A stretch of 64,000 nucleotides of DNA from Vulcanimicrobiales bacterium. Its GTDB lineage: Bacteria; Vulcanimicrobiota; Vulcanimicrobiia; Vulcanimicrobiales; Vulcanimicrobiaceae. Within the stretch, counting starts at the first letter, position 1. Each line of letters starts with the position of its first letter. Positions 36,347-46,848 of this stretch are shown piece by piece. Where the stretch lies: NCBI GenBank assembly GCA_038231455.1, contig JBBRLI010000001.1, positions 224,001 to 288,000 on the forward strand. The letters run 5' to 3'. The notes under the pieces are model-generated. The model had not been told where the DNA came from. It worked only from the letters and a program-made list of their open reading frames with translations, and made no database searches. The translations under genes and the position numbers were made by a program.

Positions 36347-37195
36347 CAGAAAACGCAACCTGAAATCGCCGAGGGCGAGTACCTTGCCCCGACGGCTCCC
36401 GCGCCGGCGCCCGGCGGAGCGTGGAAAAAAGCGGGCGGGGCGGCGGTCGGGATCGGTCTGCTCTTCGCGAAATTCAAATTTCTGCTCCTCGGCCTGCTGA
36501 ATATCAAGTGGATTTTTCTGATCCTCAAATTCGGCTTGAGCTTCGGTTCGATTTTTGTCTCGATTCTTGCCTATGCCGTGTTTTTCGGTTGGAAGCTCGG
36601 CGTGGTCTTCGTGCTGCTCATGCTCATGCACGAGATCGGCCATATCGTCGCCATGCGAGCCTACGGTCTGCGCGCATCGCTCCCGTACTTCATCCCGGGA
36701 TTCGGAGCCTTCGTCACGCAGCAAAGCGCATCTCCCGGCCGATTGGCCGACGCGGTCATCGCACTTGGTGGACCGATTATCGGCAGCCTCGCAGCAGGCG
36801 TCTGCTACATCTACGGAGCCGCGACGAACGAACCGTTTTGGATCGCAGCGGCACACCTCGGTTTACTGCTCAACCTCTTCCAACTGATCCCCGTCTTACC
36901 GCTCGATGGCGGACGCGCTGCGGGCGCGATCTCGCCGCGCTTCTTTCTTTTCGGCCTGGTCTTGCTCGCCACATATGTCGTTGCGACTCGCTCGTTCCAG
37001 CCGATCATGCTTCTCCTCTTGCTGGTGGTTGCGATGACGTCGATTCCGCGCGCAATCCGCGCGTGGAAGGGGCAACCCGATCCCGATACGCGTCCGATCG
37101 GGCCGGCCGAACGCGGCACGATCATGCTGCTCTACTTCGGCGCGATCGGACTCATCGGCATCGCCGCCGTCGCGAGCAATATCCACGTTGGCTAG
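36338..37195 (+). CDS. Site-2 protease (M50)
   Basis: HEIGH, ALGGP and LIPVLPLDGG. Confidence 0.9.
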   Translation: MEHQKTQPEIAEGEYLAPTAPAPAPGGAWKKAGGAAVGIGLLFAKFKFLLLGLLNIKWIFLILKFGLSFGSIFVSILAYAVFFGWKLGVVFVLLMLMHEIGHIVAMRAYGLRASLPYFIPGFGAFVTQQSASPGRLADAVIALGGPIIGSLAAGVCYIYGAATNEPFWIAAAHLGLLLNLFQLIPVLPLDGGRAAGAISPRFFLFGLVLLATYVVATRSFQPIMLLLLLVVAMTSIPRAIRAWKGQPDPDTRPIGPAERGTIMLLYFGAIGLIGIAAVASNIHVG

Positions 37196-37754
37196 CGACG
37201 AGAAACAAGACGCGCCCGACTTTGCCATGCTACGCGCCGTCGAAGTTCTGGCATCAATCGCCAATAAGGCGCGCACGACGCCCGGTGTGCCGCCGCCGCC
37301 GATCGACCGACCGGTGGTGCTTTTCAACGAAACGCAAGCCTTTAGCATCGGCACGACCACCAAACGCGAAGTGGAACGTTCGCTCGGTACCGGATTCTCG
37401 TATCCGGCAAAAGGCTGGCACACGTACTCCGTCCGCGGACCGCAGAGCGAACGCTGGCTCATCAGTCTTTTTTATAAAGACGACAAAGTCGTTGGCATCG
37501 AGCACTACGTTCCCAAGAGCGACGGTGCGCCGAACCTTCAGCCGCGCAACATCGGTGGGTTTCGCCTCATCCCCGGTGAGGTTGGCTTAGGCACGCCGTT
37601 CGCCGCGCTCGATGCGCGCTACGTGCCGGCCGTCGGCGGTCCGGGCACGGTCGTGTATGACACCTCCTACGAGATCCGTTTCCCCGGCGGCCTTGCCTAC
37701 GTGATGGGAAATTCCGGCACGATCGAACGCCTGGTCATTTACGCTGCGCCGTAA
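37188..37754 (+). CDS. Hypothetical protein
   Basis: 188-aa ORF overlapping the M50 stop; normal codon pattern. Confidence 0.65.
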   Translation: MASDEKQDAPDFAMLRAVEVLASIANKARTTPGVPPPPIDRPVVLFNETQAFSIGTTTKREVERSLGTGFSYPAKGWHTYSVRGPQSERWLISLFYKDDKVVGIEHYVPKSDGAPNLQPRNIGGFRLIPGEVGLGTPFAALDARYVPAVGGPGTVVYDTSYEIRFPGGLAYVMGNSGTIERLVIYAAP

Positions 37755-37833
37755 CCTCGCGCTGGCGGGCGCGATCGTCTCGCTGCTACTGGCTTTTTTT
37801 GCGTTCCGTCCACCTCCGACGACCGGCCCGTTC

Positions 37834-39156
37834 ATGCGCGACTTCGAAGCGTACTATGCGGCGGGTGCGACCTGGAATGCCGGCGGCGATCCCTATGCGC
37901 GCGACATCTGGCAAGTCGAACGGACGATCCCGGGCGTCGTCGCAACGCGCGATGAACTCTTGCCGTTTGTCGGACCGGCAGCGTATCGACCTCTCTGGTC
38001 GCTACTTGCACGTGCACCGTATGTCGTGGCGATGCGCATCTGGGGCGCGATTTTGATCGCGTCTCTCGTCGTACTGGCGATCGGGTCACTCGCGCTTGCC
38101 GAATCTCCGCTCGACGTGCGCACCGTCTTTACCGCACTGTTGTTGGCGTTTTCAAGCGGTCCGATCATCAGCGACATCGCGCTCGGACAAGTGGCGCTCC
38201 TCGCCGCAGGTGCCGTCGTTGGCGCACTCGTTGCCTTACGGGCGAGTTGGTGGTTTGGGGGGACGGCGGCGATCGCGCTCGCCGCGATTCAGCCGAACAT
38301 CGCACTCGTGTTGCTCGCCCGCATGCGCGACCGCCGTGCCATCACCAGCGCAGCGATTGCGTTTGCGGTTTTCCTCACGGCAACGCTGGTACTCGGCGGC
38401 GGCCCGGCAGGTTCGATCGCGTACGCGCAAATGCTGTCCGCGCATGCCCAGGCGGAACGTGTCATCACGATCCAACACACGATCACCGCAATCGCTTACG
38501 GATTCGGGCTGCACCGCTCGACAGCCGGGATTATTGGATCCGCGATTGCACTTGCAACGCTCATCGGAGCGGTCGTTACGATCAGGCGTCGACACCTCGA
38601 CCCGATCGCTGCGACCGCATTCGCGTGCGCCGCGCTGCCGCTTGCGATACCGTTTTTTCACGAGCACGACTTCGTCATCGAACTTTTTCCCGCAATCGTC
38701 CTTGCCGGACGCGCCCGCGGCATGGCCCTCAACTTGGCAGCAATCGGCACACTGCTTGTCACGACCGACTGGCTGGGGCTCTCGCAGCGCGCGAACGGTC
38801 AGTGGCAGCTCGTCGCATTTTTGATCGCAGTCGGCCTAGCGTTCGTCGCACTCTCGGGAGAAGCGCGTCATCGCATGACGTTCGTCCCGGCAATCGGGGG
38901 CGCCATGCTCATTTTAGCGCTCGCACCGTTCGCACAACACCACATCGCGCCGACGTGGCCAGACTTCCTCACCGAACACTGGCACGCTCCGGTCGGATGG
39001 ACGGTTGCCGACGTCTGGCATGCCGAACAAGTTGCAAGCGGCCTCGAAGTGCGCGAGGCCGCCTGGTCGATATTACGCGTTTTCCCGCTTTTGGGCTGCG
39101 CGTTCTTGGGAGCGGCAATCGCGCTCGATGCTCGCCGAAGCGATGTTCGGCTTTAA
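37834..39156 (+). CDS. GT87/DUF2029-like membrane glycosyltransferase
   Basis: DFEAYY..G....GGDPY, PFVGP, LGQ, QPN and HEHD in a polytopic protein; frame is open upstream to about 37744. Confidence 0.7.
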   Translation: MRDFEAYYAAGATWNAGGDPYARDIWQVERTIPGVVATRDELLPFVGPAAYRPLWSLLARAPYVVAMRIWGAILIASLVVLAIGSLALAESPLDVRTVFTALLLAFSSGPIISDIALGQVALLAAGAVVGALVALRASWWFGGTAAIALAAIQPNIALVLLARMRDRRAITSAAIAFAVFLTATLVLGGGPAGSIAYAQMLSAHAQAERVITIQHTITAIAYGFGLHRSTAGIIGSAIALATLIGAVVTIRRRHLDPIAATAFACAALPLAIPFFHEHDFVIELFPAIVLAGRARGMALNLAAIGTLLVTTDWLGLSQRANGQWQLVAFLIAVGLAFVALSGEARHRMTFVPAIGGAMLILALAPFAQHHIAPTWPDFLTEHWHAPVGWTVADVWHAEQVASGLEVREAAWSILRVFPLLGCAFLGAAIALDARRSDVRL

Positions 39157-40784
39157 ATATCCGCGTCAGCGATGTCGTCAAACTTGCTGACGGAGTTGGG
39201 CGCAAAACCGGTAAGGTCCGAATTATACCCAATGATATCGCTGCGAATGCCGATGGTTAAAACCGGATCGTCATGGCCAAGAATCTCCATCACTTTATCG
39301 ATATCTGCTTGACGTCCGGCGTAGCTATAGTGTGTCTTCCAGTCTTCTAAGAGCCGGTCCACTTCTTTATTGCAATATCCGGAGTAATTCTGTCCGTTGG
39401 GCGGTTTGACGCCGCATTCGTAGAGAAACGTTACATCGCCAAGCGGGTCTCCGCCAAACGCATAGTTGGCGACATCGAACTTGCCGTTGTTGAGTATCCC
39501 CCCTTCAGACTTCGCTCCGAATAGCTGCGCGGAAAGGAATCGTTGCACGTTGATCTTCACGCCGATGTTCTGCCAGCCCACACGAATAAGTTCGATCTGC
39601 TGATCCGTATCCGGCGTGCCGGTCGAGGAGACAAACCGGAATTCCAAACGCTTCCCGTTTTTCTCTCGCACGCCATCTGCGCCGCGTTTCCAGCCGGATG
39701 CATCCAAGAGCGCATTTGCCTTCGCGGGATCGTATGGCGTTGTCACTACGCGTTTTGGGAACGCCGGATTGATCGGCGAAATGACGGGATCTTGCACGGT
39801 GCTCATACCGAGGCGAATCTTATCGTTGATTGACTTACGATCGAGTCCATACAAGAGCGCTCGACGCACGTCAACTTCATCGAGTCCCGGCGTAGAAAGG
39901 TTGAGATCGATGTGATCGTACGTGAGGCCGGCCTGCTTCACCATCGTCACGCCGGGTAGGCCTTTGAGCCGGCCGTAGTACTGCGCCGAAATCGGCGTCC
40001 ACAAATCGATTTCGTGCGTTTGTAACTGCGTTGCCGTCGTATTGCGGTCCGGGATGATCTTCATGATCACACGCTGCAGCTTCGGTTTCTTCCCGAAATA
40101 GAGCGGATCGGCAACGAGCGTCACGTGATCGCCGCGTTTCCATTCCTGGAATTTAAAGGGGCCGATACCGACGGGCAACTGGTTGTAGGCGACGTTGTTG
40201 ATGTTGGGCTCTTTACCGAGAATGTGCTTGGGCAAGAGACACGGGTTCGCGCCGGCCGTTCCGAAAAAAATCGTCGAGAAGGCCGCATACGGCCGTTTCA
40301 AATGGACGACAACGGTATACTTGTCCGGCGTCTCGATCTTCGTAATCTGATCGAAGCCGTCGCGGCTCACTTCATTGTTCGCCGGATTGAGCACCGTCTT
40401 AAATGAGAATTCGACGTCCTCGGAAGTAAACGGCTCACCGTCCGACCACTTTGCATTCTTCACCAAATGATAGGTGATTGCCAAGCCGTCTTTGCTGATG
40501 CCGCCGTTCTCTTCGCTTGGAACGACCGCCGCAAGCTCCGGGCGCGGAAGATTATGTTTATCGAACTTCAAGAGATACGCCATCGTCATCTCATCGAGGT
40601 AACCCGAAACGAGCTGCGTCTCCAGGTGCGGATTGAGGCCCGCGATCTCTTCCGATGTCGCTAAGCGCAGCACGTGCGGTATCGTGTACGCGTGGCGAGC
40701 AGGCTCCGCTCCGGTCGAACCGGCTGCGCCAAGTGCGAGTGTTGCAGTGAGGGCGAGCGCCGCGAGGCGCGTTGTCGTACGCAT
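39153..40784 (-). CDS. ABC peptide/nickel substrate-binding protein (family 5)
   Basis: KWSDGEPFTSEDV, GIGPFK and VRRAL..GLDR. Confidence 0.9.
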   Translation of the reverse strand: MRTTTRLAALALTATLALGAAGSTGAEPARHAYTIPHVLRLATSEEIAGLNPHLETQLVSGYLDEMTMAYLLKFDKHNLPRPELAAVVPSEENGGISKDGLAITYHLVKNAKWSDGEPFTSEDVEFSFKTVLNPANNEVSRDGFDQITKIETPDKYTVVVHLKRPYAAFSTIFFGTAGANPCLLPKHILGKEPNINNVAYNQLPVGIGPFKFQEWKRGDHVTLVADPLYFGKKPKLQRVIMKIIPDRNTTATQLQTHEIDLWTPISAQYYGRLKGLPGVTMVKQAGLTYDHIDLNLSTPGLDEVDVRRALLYGLDRKSINDKIRLGMSTVQDPVISPINPAFPKRVVTTPYDPAKANALLDASGWKRGADGVREKNGKRLEFRFVSSTGTPDTDQQIELIRVGWQNIGVKINVQRFLSAQLFGAKSEGGILNNGKFDVANYAFGGDPLGDVTFLYECGVKPPNGQNYSGYCNKEVDRLLEDWKTHYSYAGRQADIDKVMEILGHDDPVLTIGIRSDIIGYNSDLTGFAPNSVSKFDDIADADI

Positions 40785-42427
40785 TAAATCGAGTACTCCC
40801 ACGGATTCCAGAAAAGCGAGATAACGGGGGAATTAGTAAAGCCTTTGAGATCGCTGTTGTAGACGACGGGTTCTTGGCGGAAAAAGAGCACGATCGTCGG
40901 CACTTCGGATGCCAATCGTTCCTGTACCGTATAGTAGTCGGCTTTACGCTTCGCAAAATCAACCGTCGTGAGCGCGTCGTTCATCGCTTTGGTCGCGGCC
41001 GCGTCTTTCCACATGAGGGCGTTCTGACCGCCCGGCGCGAGATTGTCGGCCGAGTAGATCGCGCTATCGTCTGGATCGGCCGCCGCCGTCCACGCAAACT
41101 CAGCCACATCGTAGTGCCCGCCCTGGAGCACGCCGATTTTCGTATTGTCGAAAAAGAGCGAGGTCGGGGCGTTTTTCACGACCGCCTCGGCGCCGACGTC
41201 ATGCCAGTACCGTTGGACGATTTCTTCGATCCGCAGCCCAAGCGTACTCTCGTTCTGCGTTTGAATGTTGAATGAGAGACGCGCGCCATCTTTACTGCGG
41301 ATGCCATCGCTCCCGACTTTCCAGCCCGCAGCATCGAGCATCGTGCGCGCCTTGGCCGCATCGTACGGATAGGTGACGACGTTCGGATTGTAGGCCTTGC
41401 CGATCGTCGGGGACTCATCAGCCGGCGCGAGTTCACCGAGTCCGTGATAGAGCTTCTCGAGAAGGGCTTTGCGATCGATCGCATAGGCGAGCGCGCGGCG
41501 CACGTTGATATCGTTGAACGGTTTGCGCGTCAGATTAAAATCGAGATGGTCGTAGGTGTAGATTTGCGGATGCACCGCGATCGTTCCCGGTATGCTCTTG
41601 TATTGGTCCCACAGGACCCCGCTCCCGTGGACGGCCATGTCGATCTCGTGCGTGCGGAGCTGCGTGAGCATCGTGTTCTCATCGGGCATGATCGAGAAGA
41701 TCACTTGGTTGAGTTTTGGCTTGCCGAGATAGAAGTCGGGATTTGCTTCCATGCGGATCGACGAGCCACGCTGCCACGACACGAACTTGAAAGGTCCACT
41801 TCCGATGGGTGCCGACTGATAGGGCGCGTTGTTGAACGAGCCTTTGTCGTCGTTGAACTTCGCGAGCAGATGTTCGGGTACGATGACTGCGTTACCGTTG
41901 ACGCCGAAGATTTGCTGCAGATACGGCGCGTAGATTTTTTTCAAGTGAATCACGGCGACGTGCGGATCGGAGTAGTCGATCGACGCAATGTCCTTATAGC
42001 CGTCCGTTGTAATGACATTGTTGTGCGGATTCATCACGCACTTCCAAGTAAACCAAAGGTCCTTGCTCGTCATCGGCACGCCGTCGTGCCACTTGATGTT
42101 CTCGCGCAATTTGTACTTGAGCGTCAACCCGTCTTTGCTCACATCACCGTTCTCGATCGTCGGAATTTCAAGGAGAGCGTCGGGTATGGGTTCGGCCTTG
42201 TCGTTATACCGTACGGCGTAAGAAAATAAAAACATCGAAAGGTCGCCGACGACCGCACTCGATGCGAGCATCGGATTGAGGCCGCGGGGATCTTGATTTT
42301 CGGCGTACCGCAAAACGCCCGGCTGCGTCCAGCTATTCCCGCGCGTCGCCTGTGCGGTCGAGTCGACGCGCGAGCAAGCTCCCAGAAGCGCTGCACAAAG
42401 AGACGCCGCGAGCCAACGATTCATCAT
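40784..42427 (-). CDS. ABC peptide/nickel substrate-binding lipoprotein (family 5)
   Basis: Lipobox LGAC, KWHDG, GSGPFK and VRRALAYAIDR. Confidence 0.9.
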   Translation of the reverse strand: MMNRWLAASLCAALLGACSRVDSTAQATRGNSWTQPGVLRYAENQDPRGLNPMLASSAVVGDLSMFLFSYAVRYNDKAEPIPDALLEIPTIENGDVSKDGLTLKYKLRENIKWHDGVPMTSKDLWFTWKCVMNPHNNVITTDGYKDIASIDYSDPHVAVIHLKKIYAPYLQQIFGVNGNAVIVPEHLLAKFNDDKGSFNNAPYQSAPIGSGPFKFVSWQRGSSIRMEANPDFYLGKPKLNQVIFSIMPDENTMLTQLRTHEIDMAVHGSGVLWDQYKSIPGTIAVHPQIYTYDHLDFNLTRKPFNDINVRRALAYAIDRKALLEKLYHGLGELAPADESPTIGKAYNPNVVTYPYDAAKARTMLDAAGWKVGSDGIRSKDGARLSFNIQTQNESTLGLRIEEIVQRYWHDVGAEAVVKNAPTSLFFDNTKIGVLQGGHYDVAEFAWTAAADPDDSAIYSADNLAPGGQNALMWKDAAATKAMNDALTTVDFAKRKADYYTVQERLASEVPTIVLFFRQEPVVYNSDLKGFTNSPVISLFWNPWEYSI

Positions 42428-42458
42428 CCGGGCCGCTTCACCGCGGACCGTGGTGGAC

Positions 42459-43592
42459 CTACGGGCGCATCGCCTCGGGGTCGATGCCGTTTGCCTCACA
42501 GTACGCGCGATACGCGACCGGCGAGATCTCCGAGGGTTTGATCTCCGAACGTCCGCCCCAGAACACGTTGGTATAGGGAAGTTCGAAACCCGCTTCGCGC
42601 AGATGATCGTCGATTGCGGCTTTGTGCGCGAGCACGACGTCTTTATCCGTGCCATGGGCAACGCCCATGATATTGACGTTGCGGAACTCCGGTCCGCCTT
42701 CCCGCCAATAGGCGTGCGTCATGATGTGGTGACGTCCCACTTCGCGGCCCGCTTCGATCTCGCGACCTACGGGGACTTGCCAGTGAAAGAGCGCGTTGTA
42801 GCGGGTGACTTGCTGATTGCCCGCCGTCGGTTTGACGTGTTCGAGAAAGGTCGAGAAACGGCCGATCACTTTGCGCGCCGAGAGCGCGGTTGCGACCCGC
42901 TCGAACTCTTCGAGTGAGACACCGGCTTCTGCCGCGCGACCACGCCAGACATCGCGCACAATTTCTTTGGGCTCAAATTCACGCTTGAGCGCGGTAAGCA
43001 CGCGCCATTCAAGTTCGTCAAGCTCGACGATGTTGGTATCGATCACCTCGGCGAGCACCTCAGCGCGGCTGCCGGGTTCCATGCCGCGACGCCGCACGTG
43101 GCCGACGCCGAGCGCAAAGAGTCGCTTTGCGGGCATTAGGCGGAACGCTTCTGCGCCAATGCGTTCGCGCAGATATTCGGCATGTTTCTCAATCGAGTAG
43201 CCCTGTGGAACTTTGAGTGTCGTCCACAGGCGATATTGCGAACCGGGCGTGGCGGAGTCCGTCGTGCGGATCACGACGTGACCCGAGAACGGATCGTTCT
43301 TGAAGAGATCTTCAAAGGCCGGCTGCAACTTCTCTTGCGGAATCTGCCATGCGACGAGCGCGCCTTTTGCAAGGTTCGTCGCCATGAGCGTCTGACGTAC
43401 GCGGCGGATGACGCCCGCCTCGAGCATCGCGAGCACGCGTTCGAGCACCGTCTCGACGGCGATTCCCGATTGCTCGGCCACGGCCCCAAAGGGGTCCAGC
43501 TGGAAGCCCTGGAGACGATCCTCGGACACGGCGAGGATCGCGGCGTTCGTGGGATCGTCGATCCAGGTCGGAAGCGCAGAAGTCGTACTCAT
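42459..43592 (-). CDS. Two-domain Lrp/AsnC-like protein (siroheme decarboxylase AhbAB/NirDL-like)
   Basis: Two HTH+ACT-like repeats; GVIRR, GALVAW, NALFHW, THAYWR and MGVAHG. Confidence 0.7.
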   Translation of the reverse strand: MSTTSALPTWIDDPTNAAILAVSEDRLQGFQLDPFGAVAEQSGIAVETVLERVLAMLEAGVIRRVRQTLMATNLAKGALVAWQIPQEKLQPAFEDLFKNDPFSGHVVIRTTDSATPGSQYRLWTTLKVPQGYSIEKHAEYLRERIGAEAFRLMPAKRLFALGVGHVRRRGMEPGSRAEVLAEVIDTNIVELDELEWRVLTALKREFEPKEIVRDVWRGRAAEAGVSLEEFERVATALSARKVIGRFSTFLEHVKPTAGNQQVTRYNALFHWQVPVGREIEAGREVGRHHIMTHAYWREGGPEFRNVNIMGVAHGTDKDVVLAHKAAIDDHLREAGFELPYTNVFWGGRSEIKPSEISPVAYRAYCEANGIDPEAMRP

Positions 43593-43641
43593 GGGATAAC
43601 CCTACGACGCGACCCCTTGCAACTCCGTGACTTGCGTCTCG

Positions 43642-43677
43642 GAAACGCGAACGGCCCGCATTTCTGCGAGCCGCTCG
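43642..43677 (-). terminator. Probable terminator after the TolC gene
   Basis: Minus-strand hairpin GCGGCTCGCA-GAAA-TGCGGGCCGT with a weak T tail. Confidence 0.5.
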
Positions 43678-43703
43678 AACCGGACTGGGACCCGGAGGTC
43701 GAA

Positions 43704-45224
43704 CTACAACGCGGCGTTGGAGCCTTCGGCGAATAAGAACGCCTGCTCGGCCTGACGCAGCGAATACACGGCCGTCACCTGATCGGTAAGCGCCGTGGTC
43801 AAGCCGACCTGTGCGTTGAGCAAGAGCGGCAAGGTCGTTACGCCGGCGCGATATTGCGCTTGTGTCGAACGCAGAACTTCTTGCGCTTTGGTGAGCTCGG
43901 CGTTGGCCTGATCGAGTCCGGCACGTGCCGTGATCAGCGAGACCAGCGCTTGTTTGACGTTGAGCTGGATCCCGAGACGCGCATTATCGAGGATCGCATT
44001 GTTCCGGTCGACCGCTGCCTGCGCTTGCTGTGTCTGTGCCGCCGTAACGCCTTGGTCGAAGATCGGGATCGAAAGCGAGACGCCGATCGATGAGTTATTC
44101 CGGAACGTACCGCCGGTCGTATCCGTGGAAGCGACGTTCTGTCCAACGGTTCCATTGAGCGTTGGGAACAAGCCCAGTTTCGCCGCCCGGAGTGATGCGA
44201 TCGTCGAGTCGCGCGTATACTGCGCGGCCGCGTAATCGGGGCGGAGTGCAAGCGCACGCGTGACCGCTTGCGCGTAGGTCGGTGTTGCGATCGTGGAAAT
44301 CGCCGACGTGCTCGTGAGCACGGGCGTATCGTCGATCGGGGTCACCGCCGTACCGGCGTCGAGTCCCATCGAATTGGCAAACGCTGCCTGCTGTTGAAGT
44401 TCCGTACCCTGCGCGCGCACGAGTGCGAGCCGCGCTTGCGCGGTCGGCAATTGCGCGGTCGAGATGTCTGCACGAGCCGCAGCGCCGGCGCGGAATTGCG
44501 CGACGACGAGATTCTCTTGCGTTTGATTCAACTTGACGGTTTCCACGGCGACCGCCGTCGCGCGTTTCGCTGCGAGATAGTTGTAATAGGCCGTTGCGAC
44601 ATTGAACGCGACGGTTTGCAGTTGCCGCTTGTAGGTTTGGAGCGTCGCGTTCTGCGTTGCTTGCGCGGCGTGATACTGTGCGGAGATCTTGCCCCCGTCG
44701 AAAATCAATTGGCGCAACTGCAACGAGCCGACGTTGCTCGTCGTATCGGCGGTGAAGCTGCCGTTCGACCCGGTGTTCGTCGAGCTTCCAGAACCGGAAT
44801 TGCCGGTAGTCGAATTCGCACCCGGTTGACGGTGATTGCGTGAGGTGCTCAGCGTTCCCGAGACGTTTGGGAGCACGGCGCTCCGCGCGAGCTTCACGGG
44901 CGCCTCGGCACTGAGGATATCGGCGCGCGCCGACGCCAGGAGCGGCGCCTTCGCAAAGCCGATTGCCACGGCTTGATCGAGCGTGATGTTATCCGGAACG
45001 CCCGGCGCTGCGACGCCGAGCAAATCGGCCGGCGCGGGCGTACCATACGCCGGATACGGAAGCGTCGTCGGCGTGTTTGCGGGCGGGAGGCTTGAAAGCG
45101 GCGTGGAGAGCGGTGCCGGCGTTGGGCCCGGCTTGGGCGTGGACTGTGCCGCCGCCGCGACCGGCGCAAATACCGCGACAAGCGCCGCCAGCGCGACGCC
45201 CGTGAGCGCACGTTGAAGTTTCAT
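43704..45224 (-). CDS. TolC family outer-membrane efflux protein
   Basis: Signal peptide; two OEP repeats (LIFDGG, IPIFDQG, YRAG). Confidence 0.9.
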   Translation of the reverse strand: MKLQRALTGVALAALVAVFAPVAAAAQSTPKPGPTPAPLSTPLSSLPPANTPTTLPYPAYGTPAPADLLGVAAPGVPDNITLDQAVAIGFAKAPLLASARADILSAEAPVKLARSAVLPNVSGTLSTSRNHRQPGANSTTGNSGSGSSTNTGSNGSFTADTTSNVGSLQLRQLIFDGGKISAQYHAAQATQNATLQTYKRQLQTVAFNVATAYYNYLAAKRATAVAVETVKLNQTQENLVVAQFRAGAAARADISTAQLPTAQARLALVRAQGTELQQQAAFANSMGLDAGTAVTPIDDTPVLTSTSAISTIATPTYAQAVTRALALRPDYAAAQYTRDSTIASLRAAKLGLFPTLNGTVGQNVASTDTTGGTFRNNSSIGVSLSIPIFDQGVTAAQTQQAQAAVDRNNAILDNARLGIQLNVKQALVSLITARAGLDQANAELTKAQEVLRSTQAQYRAGVTTLPLLLNAQVGLTTALTDQVTAVYSLRQAEQAFLFAEGSNAAL

Positions 45225-45232
45225 AACGATCC

Positions 45233-46705
45233 TTACTGGGCGCTGCCGCCGGGAGATTTGCGGCCGCCTGCGCGACCGCCGGGAGGTGCGGCGCTCATCG
45301 CTACGGGGCTCTTGTCTTGCAGCGCATCGGGACGCGTCGTGATGACGAGTGTCCCCGGCGTGATGTCGACCGACTGAACTTCGGCGAGCGTATCGGTCTG
45401 GAGCCCGAGTTTGACCGGCACGACTTTCGCCGCCTTGATCACGACCGGTGCTGCCGCAGGACCGGGACCGCCTGCGCCTTTGGGCGCGCCGCCGGCGCCC
45501 GCCGGAGGCGCACCGCCGCCCGCACCGGCCGGGGGTGCCGGCGGATCGACGACGGTGAAGACGTTGGCACCTTGATCGGTCTGAAACACCGCAGTGCGCG
45601 GCACGACGATCGTGTTCTTATGCATCGCTTTGCGAACGTTCACGCTAACGAGCATCCCGCCGCGGAGCACTTGACCGGGGTTCGCATATTTGATTCGGGC
45701 GCGATACGAGAGCGTGCCTTGCGTCGGGGTCGCGTTCACGTCGAAGACCGAACCGTTGAACGTTCTGCCCGGAGCGCTCGAGGTCGTAAACGTGACTTGG
45801 GTTCCCGGATGGATGTACGCTAAGTTGTCGTCGGGTACGTTCACATTTATGTAAACCGTATCGATTTGCGAAACGCGCACCACGGGCGAACTCGGTGCGG
45901 CAAACGCACCGGGGTCAAGCAGACGTGCCGTAACGACGCCGTCGAACGGAGCGACGATCGATGTTTGGGCGATCTGTGTTTGGAGTAATTGCACCGATGC
46001 ACGCGCTTGGTCGAGCGAACCGCGATCTGCATTGATTTGCTCCGTTGCAATCTGCGGTTGGGTCATGCCTTGCTGGGCGCTCCTGAGCGCGTATTCGGTT
46101 TGACGCTGCGACTCTTTGGCATTCGCCAAGCCCTGCTGTGCGGCGACGTACGTGCTGCGTGCCTGCTCGAACTGGGTCTTCGACACATAGCCCTGGTCGA
46201 GCAGCGACTTGTTGCTGTTGAACGTGAGCGTCGCGGAATCGAGCGCTGCCTGGGCGCTGATGACCGCGTTGTTGGCGGCCATTCGCTGTTGCTGTGCACC
46301 GGCAAGCAATGACTGAGACTGGGCGCTTGCGATCGGGCGTTGCAACGTCGATGAGCCGAGTTTGGCCGTCGCCTGCGCGACGATCGCCTGGTTTTGCGCG
46401 AGTTGCGCCCGCAGTGTGGCATCGTCGAGCTTCGCGACGACCTGGCCGCGCGAGACGCGCTGACCTTCGTTCACATAGACCGCCGTCACGACCCCGGACT
46501 GCGGCGTCGAGAGCGTCGACTCTTGAAGCGGCGCGACTTGGCCGTCGAGTGCAACGTATGTGGCGATATCGCCTCGCTGCGCCGTTGCGACGTCGACCGC
46601 AAGCGGCGGGGGACCGCCACGTTGCGGCCCGCCTTTCGGCCCGCATGCGGTCATCCCGAGCGCGAAGCTCGACGCAAGAAATAGCGCTCCTAGTCGGCGT
46701 CCCAT
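45233..46705 (-). CDS. RND efflux periplasmic adaptor (MFP) lipoprotein
   Basis: Lipobox MTAC, G.V..V.V.EGQ.V lipoyl motif, long coiled coil, IVAPFDGVV. Confidence 0.9.
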   Translation of the reverse strand: MGRRLGALFLASSFALGMTACGPKGGPQRGGPPPLAVDVATAQRGDIATYVALDGQVAPLQESTLSTPQSGVVTAVYVNEGQRVSRGQVVAKLDDATLRAQLAQNQAIVAQATAKLGSSTLQRPIASAQSQSLLAGAQQQRMAANNAVISAQAALDSATLTFNSNKSLLDQGYVSKTQFEQARSTYVAAQQGLANAKESQRQTEYALRSAQQGMTQPQIATEQINADRGSLDQARASVQLLQTQIAQTSIVAPFDGVVTARLLDPGAFAAPSSPVVRVSQIDTVYINVNVPDDNLAYIHPGTQVTFTTSSAPGRTFNGSVFDVNATPTQGTLSYRARIKYANPGQVLRGGMLVSVNVRKAMHKNTIVVPRTAVFQTDQGANVFTVVDPPAPPAGAGGGAPPAGAGGAPKGAGGPGPAAAPVVIKAAKVVPVKLGLQTDTLAEVQSVDITPGTLVITTRPDALQDKSPVAMSAAPPGGRAGGRKSPGGSAQ

Positions 46706-46848
46706 GTCTCTCCTAAAAAAAAGCGGTCGGCGAGCCGTCGGCTCCCCCTGCCATTACACCCGGCAACCGCCAAATGATTCACTCGGTTGCCTGAGATCGG
46801 CCTTAGAAGCGGGAGGGTCGTTGATGTCGTGCGTATTCACGCTGAGCT

